This document shows, in pieces, positions 56,672 to 64,000 of a stretch of 64,000 nucleotides of DNA. The DNA is taken from contig JBNKBE010000012.1 in assembly GCA_050287085.1 (NCBI GenBank), positions 64,001 to 128,000 on the forward strand, read 5' to 3'. This DNA is from Polyangiaceae bacterium (lineage in GTDB: Bacteria > Myxococcota_A > Polyangia > Polyangiales > Polyangiaceae). The position numbers and the translations under genes were made by a program. The notes below the pieces were generated by a model. It ran no database searches and was not told the origin of the DNA. It was given only the letters and a program-made list of their open reading frames with translations. How positions within the stretch are numbered: the stretch's first letter is position 1; each line of letters starts with the position of its first letter.

Positions 56672-57079
56672 TCAACCCCCCGCTTCTAGCTCGGTTGCGA
56701 CTCCAACATTGGTCGCCCCACCCAGTCGGCACTGATCGACAACCTCGATCAGCTTCTCCGCAGGAACGCGTCGGTCGGTGATGACAAGAATGGTCTTCGA
56801 GTCACTGCCTTCTAGCGCCTCGCGCACTCGACTCTGAACCATCCATGCCCTCACGGGGTTCCCGTTGACATAGATGTTGGACGACGAGTCAATATTGACG
56901 CGCAGGCTCTTGCTCGAAGCGCGAGACGCGCTTGCCGCCGCCGGACGCTCCAGATCGAGCTTCATGTCTTTGACGAAGGTCGTAGAAACCATGAAGAAGA
57001 TGAGGAGGATGAAGACGCAATCGATCAACGGTGAGATGTCGATCTCCGATGTACTCTGCTCTTTGACTCGCCTCTTCAT
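56672..57079 (-). CDS. exbD: Biopolymer transport protein ExbD
   Basis: IDISPLIDCVFILLIFFMVSTTF with conserved Asp. Confidence 0.95.
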   Translation of the reverse strand: MKRRVKEQSTSEIDISPLIDCVFILLIFFMVSTTFVKDMKLDLERPAAASASRASSKSLRVNIDSSSNIYVNGNPVRAWMVQSRVREALEGSDSKTILVITDRRVPAEKLIEVVDQCRLGGATNVGVATELEAGG

Positions 57080-57720
57080 GCGGCCACCTTCTCTTTCTCG
57101 CCCATAGCGCTACCGCCGCCGCAAAGCATCTCTTTGAGTTGCTGCAACTCACTTCGGCGGCGCCGCTCCTGCTTATCCAAGACCCGCCCGACTACGATCC
57201 CGGGCACGGCGACCGCAAGTCCCATCTGCGTGGTAAAAAGCGCTTGTGAGATCCCGCCTGCGATACCACCGCTCTGGGAGAACAAGGCCATATCGGCAAG
57301 GGAGTCGAAGGTCTCAATCATGCCGATGACCGTACCCAAGAGGCCCGCCAGCGGCGCTGTCGAAACAATGCTCTTGATGATGACCTTGCACCGCATCAGG
57401 GGAGTATCAAAAGCGGTGAAGGCGTCATCTAGAACCGGCCGCAACCCAGCCTGACCGTACCGCTCACGGAGTTCGAGCCCCCAAACGACGGCAGTGTCGA
57501 TCAGCCCGGTTGGCTGGCGCTCATAGCCGGACATGTATCGCGAGACCAAAACGCGGGCGCTGCGTCGGTTACCGCGCCGCAAATACTGAAAGCGCAGACC
57601 GAGACAATACCAGAGTACAAGAGTCCCGATCGCCAGCGGCGGCATGACGAATCCGCCCGCCTCGAAGTACTCGAGCAAAGCGCTCGGAAAGGCTTGGAGC
57701 TCGGAAATGATGCCCGCCAT
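57076..57720 (-). CDS. exbB: MotA/TolQ/ExbB proton channel protein
   Basis: APLAGLLGTVIGMIETF, GGISQALFTTQMGL. Confidence 0.92.
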   Translation of the reverse strand: MAGIISELQAFPSALLEYFEAGGFVMPPLAIGTLVLWYCLGLRFQYLRRGNRRSARVLVSRYMSGYERQPTGLIDTAVVWGLELRERYGQAGLRPVLDDAFTAFDTPLMRCKVIIKSIVSTAPLAGLLGTVIGMIETFDSLADMALFSQSGGIAGGISQALFTTQMGLAVAVPGIVVGRVLDKQERRRRSELQQLKEMLCGGGSAMGEKEKVAA

Positions 57721-57723
57721 GTC

Positions 57724-59178
57724 CTACTCCGCGGCGGGTGAGGGCTCTGGGTCGACGGAAGGTCGACGGATTTCAGTCGGTGGCGTGGAAACACGAATGC
57801 CGTTGGCGATATTGATAACGCGTAGCGCCGCCTTGTCGATCGTGTCCTTGATGCTTTCTGCCCACGCAGAAAGCATATTGCCGAGAACCAACGACGGAAT
57901 CGCCACGATCAGGCCCAGCTCGGTCGTGATGAGGGCAATCGCGATGCCACCCGAAAGCAGCTTGGGGTTTCCCGTACCGAACTCCGTAATGATGTCAAAG
58001 GTCGCGATCATGCCGGTTACCGTGCCAAGCAAACCGAGAAGCGGCGCTACGGCAGCAATCACCACGATCTGCGTTCCAAAGCGTTCAAGGGTCGGCTGCT
58101 CATGCAAGATGGCTTCTTGCACGATATCTTCCAGCTCCTGACGATCGCGATGGATGTTGCGCAGAGTGGCCACCAACACCCGACCACCCGCACTCTTGGT
58201 TTCATCGCAAATGCGACGCGCCTCATCGAATTTTTGGTCCGCAACGAGGGGAGAAATGCGGTCGAGTAGACGATTTGTGTTCGCCGCCGCACGCCAGAGA
58301 AAGAGCGCTCGGAGCAACGCCATCACAACCGCAAGGGCTCCGATCGCAACGATCACCCACCCGATTACGCCACCGTCTTGCACCACTTCGATGGGCGACT
58401 TCTCGTGTTTCGGCTCAACCCCCTTGTCGAGCGATTCGTACAGAAAGGTGCGTAGCACAGCGGGCTGCCCGCCACTGAGAAGCGTCTCAACAATGCTCTT
58501 CGCCTCAGCGGCGGGCCATATCTTGAGGCTGCCGCCGCCCGCGGGGGCAAGCGCTCCGCTCGCGTTTTCGGCAGCGCCGTAGGCAGCGATTTGGCCGAGT
58601 CGAATTATCCGACCTTGAACCTGTTGTCCGGAAGCATTGAAGAACTTGCCGGGCTCCTCTCGGACTCGACCGAAACGGGACAAGAGCGAAAGTCCTTGGG
58701 TAAACGCGAAACGGACCCGATCGATCTCGGCTCGCCGCTTGGTCGCATCATCGACCCCGTCTCCGCTAGGCGCCTCGGGCAGCTTGATGTCGCCCTTCTC
58801 GAGAGCCGCGTCCGCTTGCGTGAGCAGGCTATCGACCTGGTCATCACCTTCGCTCGCCGCCTCCGCCTGCCGCTCAACGTCGGCTAACATTTCATTGAGC
58901 GACTCAGCTTGCATCGAGAGCGAAAGCACTGAGCCTTGCAGTCGATCCACCTCCGCAGTAGCAGCGCCGATCTTCGCCTGACTATCGGTCTCGACTTGCG
59001 TCAAACGTCCCTTGAGAGAGTCACGCTCAGCTATCAGGAACGACAATTCCCGACGATAGGCGTCCATAACGTCCGCTCGCGCGTGACGCGGTGCCAGCGC
59101 TAGCAGGCAGCATATCGCCGCCGACAACAGAAACCATCCGCGAGCGAAGTGCGGGCGGGAAGGGCATCGCGGGATCAT
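57724..59178 (-). CDS. ExbB-family protein with long periplasmic N-terminus (TtpC-like)
   Basis: Signal peptide, coiled coil, then APLLGLLGTVTGMIATF and GGIAIALITTELGL. Confidence 0.9.
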   Translation of the reverse strand: MIPRCPSRPHFARGWFLLSAAICCLLALAPRHARADVMDAYRRELSFLIAERDSLKGRLTQVETDSQAKIGAATAEVDRLQGSVLSLSMQAESLNEMLADVERQAEAASEGDDQVDSLLTQADAALEKGDIKLPEAPSGDGVDDATKRRAEIDRVRFAFTQGLSLLSRFGRVREEPGKFFNASGQQVQGRIIRLGQIAAYGAAENASGALAPAGGGSLKIWPAAEAKSIVETLLSGGQPAVLRTFLYESLDKGVEPKHEKSPIEVVQDGGVIGWVIVAIGALAVVMALLRALFLWRAAANTNRLLDRISPLVADQKFDEARRICDETKSAGGRVLVATLRNIHRDRQELEDIVQEAILHEQPTLERFGTQIVVIAAVAPLLGLLGTVTGMIATFDIITEFGTGNPKLLSGGIAIALITTELGLIVAIPSLVLGNMLSAWAESIKDTIDKAALRVINIANGIRVSTPPTEIRRPSVDPEPSPAAE

Positions 59179-59978
59179 TTTGATACCTCTACTGAACTGG
59201 TTAGTGCGCCCGGCAATTCGAAGTAGCCAACGCGGATCTGCTTCTTGAAGCTGGAGAAGAGCTCGTTGACCTGCTTGACTTCGGTCGGACCGCTAAAGGG
59301 CACATAGCTCCAAGCATCCCCGCTGCGGACCGCCCGCCCCACGCTTCCGTCAGCGCCCTGGTAGTAAAGCATGACCATGCCGATCCGAATCACGTCGGCG
59401 AGCTGCTCCTGCCCGTCCACGTTGATGGTCTGACGAAACAGCCCGTTCTCGCGAGACATGCGGAACTCGTCCTCCATCACGCCCCATAGACGAAGCAGCG
59501 CGGTGGAAGGATTCACCAAGCCGGCCTTGTATTGGTCTTCCAGCTTGGTCACGGAACCTAGACGCTCACTCGTACGAAAGGGGAGGCTGGCCGAGATGTA
59601 TGACTTCACCTGTTCAGCGCTTTCCCTGAATAGGGGAACCAGCTCGTTCCCCCTCTCTTTCTCCGCCGCGATCTCTCTGCGTCGCTTTTCGATGTGCGCA
59701 CTCACCTTGGAGAGACGTCCCTGCTCACGCTTTTGCTCGAGCTCGAGGTCCGCTTTTTGGCGCGCCAATGAGCGAAGGCGATCGCTCGTTTCAGTGCTCT
59801 TTGCGCTGAGCTGTGAAGTCAAACTCTCCACTTCTGCACGCAGCTTGCTGAGTTGCTGCGCGAGGGCCTTGACGTCCTCGGCCAACGCAGGCGATGCGAT
59901 CGCTACGGCACCGAGAAGGCCCACGCAGGCCAACCAGCGGCGCGGCTTGCGGGAGTTGAGAGGGGCGGTAAAAGTCAT
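59175..59978 (-). CDS. DUF3450-family periplasmic protein (TtpB-like)
   Basis: Signal peptide, coiled coil, LPFR..ER, RIGMV.LYY; position directly upstream of the long ExbB. Confidence 0.82.
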   Translation of the reverse strand: MTFTAPLNSRKPRRWLACVGLLGAVAIASPALAEDVKALAQQLSKLRAEVESLTSQLSAKSTETSDRLRSLARQKADLELEQKREQGRLSKVSAHIEKRRREIAAEKERGNELVPLFRESAEQVKSYISASLPFRTSERLGSVTKLEDQYKAGLVNPSTALLRLWGVMEDEFRMSRENGLFRQTINVDGQEQLADVIRIGMVMLYYQGADGSVGRAVRSGDAWSYVPFSGPTEVKQVNELFSSFKKQIRVGYFELPGALTSSVEVSK

Positions 59979-60001
59979 CTGTCTATCAGCCTTCTAGAGA
60001 T

Positions 60002-60034
60002 ACAAACAGGGGGCCGGGCAATACGCCCGACCCC
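60002..60034 (-). terminator. Intercistronic intrinsic terminator-like hairpin
   Basis: Minus-strand RNA GGGGUCGGGC-GUAUU-GCCCGGCCCC then CUGUUUGU; the single stem mismatch is a G.U pair only on this strand. Confidence 0.6.
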
Positions 60035-60167
60035 TTCTGAAACTGGCGAAGTTCGCCAGCTGCTCGCCACGGTCATCCGGCGCGCGCCAAGCCTCACAGA
60101 GGAGAAGCGGCGCGCGATGTATCACCCACGAGCAGTAGAGTCACCCCTCTTGAGGTGACAGTTCTAC

Positions 60168-61703
60168 CTACTCTTGCTCGTCAGTGGTCCACCCGGCAGC
60201 CCAGTTGTCGCCTTCGCCAAATGCACCCGCGTAGTCGACGTCTTCGAGCCCGTCGGCCTCGACCTTGCCAACACCGAGCAGATCGGAATCCTTCGCGGGT
60301 ACGAGGTATCCGTACAACTCGTCGCTCTGCTCGTCGAGTCCGAGGTCATCATAGCCGCCATCTTCGATCAGCGTGTTGTTGCTGTCTTTGGCTTCAAACG
60401 CGTCCTGGCTCTTCTCTAGCCAGTCACCTTCGGGGTAGATGGCGTCCTTAGCGCAAGCGATGAAACTATTGTTGATGGTGGCCTCGGTCTCCTCGTCCTG
60501 AACCAGCAGGCACGGCCCGCCGCTGTCAGCAACTACCGAGTTCCAGATCTCGGCGTGCGTGCCTCGGCGCAACTGAATTCCCTCGCCGGTCTTTGCGCTA
60601 CCGATGATGGTGATGTTAGCGAGCACGGGAGCGGAAACCGGCGTCGCGTCGTGGGCGCCTTCGAGGTTGTCGCCCTCGATACCGTTGTCCCCAGCGTAGT
60701 CTTCAGCCTTTCGGTACTGATCGATAGCTACGAACTGAGCCGAGCCGGTCCAACCGCTCGTCCAATCCAGACTGTCGTCGCCTTCGCCGCTGAGGACGAG
60801 ATGGCTTACGCTGACGGTACCGCCAAAGAACTCTACGCCGTCGTCGGAGTTGTGGTGAACCTGCACGTAGTCGATGACTGTTCCGGAGCCGACACCCTGG
60901 AAGGCAATGCCGTTCAGCTCCTCGGTGTCAGATGCGAGGTTGCCAGCGAACTCAACACGTACGTACTTGAGCACGCCGCTGCTGTCGTCGGCTTCGTCGC
61001 CGCCATATAGCCCACTGGCTACTTCACCTTCCGCATCACCGTCGGTTGCGTTCTGAGGGGCACGACCGTTGAGCACCAGACCGCCCCACTGACCGGCTAC
61101 GCGAATGCCGTCACTATCGCCCTTCGAAGTGAAGACGATCGGCTCTTTCGCCGTGCCTTCCGCCATGATCTTGGAGCCACGACGAACAACAACAGCGGAG
61201 CCGTTGCCGCCGTAGATCGTCACGCCAGGATTGATGGTGAAAACGGTCTCGTCCTTATCATTGCCAACCCAGAAGTACTGACCCGTCTTGAGCTCGTAGC
61301 GGACGCCGTCACACGCCATCAGTTCCAGGTCCTTGGTCATCCCCTTGGACGTAGTGCTGAGCTCACATACATCATCGCTGCCGCAGTCGACGTTCGGGTG
61401 GTCCTTCAGAGCCTGAAGGTAAGCTTCGCAGTCGTCAGCCGGCTTGTCATTGCTCATGCCGGCATCCGACATGTCGTTGTCGGCAGGCTTGTCGTCGGTC
61501 TTGCCAGCGTCAGCCTTGTCGGTAGGCATGTCGTCGTCGGTAGTCATGTCACCGTCGGCAGGCTTGTCGTTGGTCTTGCCAGCGTCAGCCTTGTCGGCGT
61601 CACCAGTCTTGTCGCTCTTGTCGTCCGAGTTGCCGCAAGCAACAAGCGCCGGGGCACCAAGAGCAATAAGGGTTGTAAGAATTGTAAGATGAAGTCTCTT
61701 CAT
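60168..61703 (-). CDS. Acidic beta-helix-like surface lipoprotein associated with TonB-dependent receptors
   Basis: Lipobox LVAC; PIVFTS, GQWGGL, SG.LKYVRVEFAG, ELNG, GVGSGT..DYVQ, DDGVEFFGG, DDSLDW, W.AGWT. Confidence 0.85.
   Translation of the reverse strand: MKRLHLTILTTLIALGAPALVACGNSDDKSDKTGDADKADAGKTNDKPADGDMTTDDDMPTDKADAGKTDDKPADNDMSDAGMSNDKPADDCEAYLQALKDHPNVDCGSDDVCELSTTSKGMTKDLELMACDGVRYELKTGQYFWVGNDKDETVFTINPGVTIYGGNGSAVVVRRGSKIMAEGTAKEPIVFTSKGDSDGIRVAGQWGGLVLNGRAPQNATDGDAEGEVASGLYGGDEADDSSGVLKYVRVEFAGNLASDTEELNGIAFQGVGSGTVIDYVQVHHNSDDGVEFFGGTVSVSHLVLSGEGDDSLDWTSGWTGSAQFVAIDQYRKAEDYAGDNGIEGDNLEGAHDATPVSAPVLANITIIGSAKTGEGIQLRRGTHAEIWNSVVADSGGPCLLVQDEETEATINNSFIACAKDAIYPEGDWLEKSQDAFEAKDSNNTLIEDGGYDDLGLDEQSDELYGYLVPAKDSDLLGVGKVEADGLEDVDYAGAFGEGDNWAAGWTTDEQE
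61479..61597. repeat. 44-bp direct repeat (1 mismatch, 75-bp period) in the lipoprotein linker
   Basis: 61479-61522 and 61554-61597, encoding DKADAGKT(N/D)DKPAD twice. Confidence 0.9.
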
Positions 61704-61816
61704 GTTGCGAATCTCCGCCGAATGAGCTCGGCCTTGCTGAACCAACCGCCAGGGCCGGCGGCGACAGAACCTAGTCGCTGCGGGGTCTGCTCAGGTGACA
61801 GCGTCGAAAACGATGC

Positions 61817-61890
61817 GTTACAGAATTGCCACGGCTTGGTCGCATCGATTCGCGGCGGCGACGGGACAACCATGTGACAATTCGGAAACA
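61817..61890. promoter_or_regulatory. Pho-box-like 11-bp-periodic direct repeats upstream of the Ton operon
   Basis: Minus strand TGTTTC-N5-TGTCAC-N5-TGTCCC (61890-61863); plus strand GTTACA-N5-GCCACG-N5-GTCGCA (61817-61844). Confidence 0.5.
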
Positions 61891-62173
61891 TCCCGCAAGC
61901 TCTGACCCGTCGGAAACGGCTCGAGCATTCAGCTATTGATCTTACATATCCATCACTTACGAAAGCGCACCCGGGGGCTCCGCGGCTGAGACTCGGAAAC
62001 GGTGCCTGACGCTCGTTGCCTGTCACTGACCACGACGCCCGTGACAACAGCATGCGGTGCCAGGGAAAATATCGCGCCGTATCGCCGCCCCCACTTCGAG
62101 CGCCGACATCACTGCCGTCGTGCACCCGCCGGGGCCAACGTCGGGTCGAGCGCTGAAGCGATAGCCACAGAGC

Positions 62174-63715
62174 TCATCTGGGTCTGGATGACCTCGCCCC
62201 CGAAAGCCGGCTACCGTCCTCCCCAGAACGCGGCCAGTCGACGGCAACAGTGGTGCCGTCCTTCTCGTCTCCCACGATACAGATGCTACCGCGATGCAAC
62301 TCGACCACCTTCTGGCACAGCGCAAGCCCGATGCCGCTGCCTTCGAACTCGCGCTTCGCGTGGAGACGCTGGAATACCTTGAAGACGCGAGTGCGGTGTT
62401 CCGGCGGAATGCCGATCCCGTTGTCACTAACAAGGATGCGATAGACAACAGGATGCACTTCTACCCGAACCGCGACGCGCAGAGGGCGCTCAGGGGAACG
62501 GAACTTGATAGCGTTGGCAAGCAGGTTGGAAACGAGCAAGCGGAGCGCGGTCAGATCTCCCCAAACTATCGGCAGGTCTGGGGCCAACTCAAGTTCAGCA
62601 TCATCGGGTGCGCCGAGCCGGAGCGTGTCCCAGATGTGGGAAAATAGCTCCGATAGCGCAATTGAGTCCTCATGAAGCCCCTGTGCCCCGGCAGTCGAAA
62701 ACGCCAGAAGCCCGTCAACCAGAGCCCCCATATCCTTCGTAGCCTGCGCGATGATGCGGAGTGCGTCCCGCACCTCGGCGTTGTCATGTTCGCCGAGCAG
62801 TTGCTCCAAGATTCCCGCGAACACTGAAATGTGCCGAATTGGCGCCTTTAGGTCATGCGAAGCCGCGTAGGCAAATTGTTCAAGGTCTCGATTCTTCGCT
62901 CGCAGCGCACTCTCGACATGCTGGGCGTCGGTCACGTCGCGCACGACTACGACCATCCGTCGACGACCTTGGTCCGTGCGCGACGCAGGCACCGCGCTGA
63001 CCGCCCAATAGCTCCCCCCGGGCTGCTCCGTAGCCTGCAGGTAGTAGCAGCGCTCGGCAAAGGCTTCCCCCGCTAAGGCTAGCGCAAAGGGATGAAGTTC
63101 GGGTGGAACTGTCGCCTTCGTCTCGGCTTCGAAGAGTGGGAGACTGCAGAAGCGCTCAGCCGCCTGCGAGGTCACTGTGGCAAGCGGCCAGATGCGTCGC
63201 ATCGCGGCGTTGACGTAGGACACGGACCCACCCTCGACAATGACCACGCCGTTGTTGAGGCTAGCCATAGCGCTCTCAAACAGCTCTTTCTCCGCTGCGA
63301 CTTCGTCCGCGCGACGACGCAGTTCAGCAAAGACGGCGAGCTTCGCCCGGAGGATCTCCGCATCGATCGGTTTCGGTAGGTAGTCGAAGGCCCCCAGGTC
63401 AAACGCCTGCGGGTCAGAACGCGTCCCGGTATTGTGAGCTGTGATGAACAGGACTGGGGTTTCCGCATGCTCAGGATCTTGGCGGATCATTCTTACAAGT
63501 TCGTAGCCGCTCATGTCTGGCATTTGGACGTCGCAGAGAATGCATGCGTACGAATGCCGAAGCAGCTGACTGAGCGCTTCATTGGCGCTCTTGGCAACAT
63601 CGAGTCGATACGACTCATGACCCAGCAGCTGCGACATGGCGTACAGGTTCTGCTCGAGGTCGTCCACGTAGAGCAGTCGCACGAGTGATGGCGGCGTTAT
63701 TGCAGTCTCAAACAC
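62174..63715 (-). CDS. Hybrid sensor kinase (REC-PAS-HisKA-HATPase)
   Basis: LYVDD, CDVQMPDMSGYEL, DYLPKP; FAYAASHDLKAP; NLLANAIKF, DNGIGI, GSGIGL; GTG 63715 with AGGAGG RBS. Confidence 0.93.
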   Translation of the reverse strand: MFETAITPPSLVRLLYVDDLEQNLYAMSQLLGHESYRLDVAKSANEALSQLLRHSYACILCDVQMPDMSGYELVRMIRQDPEHAETPVLFITAHNTGTRSDPQAFDLGAFDYLPKPIDAEILRAKLAVFAELRRRADEVAAEKELFESAMASLNNGVVIVEGGSVSYVNAAMRRIWPLATVTSQAAERFCSLPLFEAETKATVPPELHPFALALAGEAFAERCYYLQATEQPGGSYWAVSAVPASRTDQGRRRMVVVVRDVTDAQHVESALRAKNRDLEQFAYAASHDLKAPIRHISVFAGILEQLLGEHDNAEVRDALRIIAQATKDMGALVDGLLAFSTAGAQGLHEDSIALSELFSHIWDTLRLGAPDDAELELAPDLPIVWGDLTALRLLVSNLLANAIKFRSPERPLRVAVRVEVHPVVYRILVSDNGIGIPPEHRTRVFKVFQRLHAKREFEGSGIGLALCQKVVELHRGSICIVGDEKDGTTVAVDWPRSGEDGSRLSGARSSRPR

Positions 63716-64000
63716 GTCTCCTCCTTCGGGCCACTCAGCGTTGCCCTTCCCCCCGATCCGGCCGACAATGACCCGGACGCTCGACAATCTATCATAGCCA
63801 ACGCCACAATGGTGAAGGCCGTTTGGCCCCAAAGAGATCCGAACTTGAACCGTTCTCTCTCTGGGCCCGCTACGCACCGAGCGCTTCTCAGGTATGGGCA
63901 GGCGGCCGGTGGCGAGGCCTTGGAGCGCCCGGATTCGGCCGCGGCACCGCGGCGACAAGACGCGGAAATCCCTGCCCTTTTCCTCGGACTCCCGGAACCC

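Noticed and set aside
63716..63958. N-terminal extension of the hybrid kinase
   Set aside because: A strong RBS precedes GTG 63715; the upstream translation is not domain-like.

Overview
GC-rich, gene-dense bacterial chromosome segment whose content points to a myxobacterium, probably Polyangiaceae/Sorangiineae-like (inference from a MYXO-CTERM protein, a Pph1-like PP2C phosphatase, a Hanks kinase and G/A/D-rich lipoprotein linkers). Housekeeping genes: 5'-truncated hrpA, gltB-gltD, rpiA, tRNA-Gln(TTG), hemE, ccmE, dnaA, grpE-dnaK, uvrD/pcrA, surA, recA, rseP. Less ordinary elements: (1) an orphan CheX-Hpt-HATPase fusion, i.e. a CheA-like kinase carrying its own phosphatase domain but no CheW domain; (2) an alkyl-DHAP synthase strongly resembling eukaryotic AGPS; (3) a 9-gene Ton operon (beta-helix lipoprotein, DUF3450, two ExbB, ExbD, TonB, TPR, TonB-dependent receptor, lipoprotein) preceded by 11-bp-periodic Pho-box-like repeats; (4) a sigma54-preceded pair of MYXO-CTERM protein and outer-membrane barrel; (5) a dnaA with an 18-bp tandem repeat, no dnaN neighbour and a ~1 kb hairpin-rich upstream region. 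No CRISPR array, rRNA, transposase or integrase was seen. Calls rest on motif recognition by eye, and several starts were moved downstream of the ORF track.
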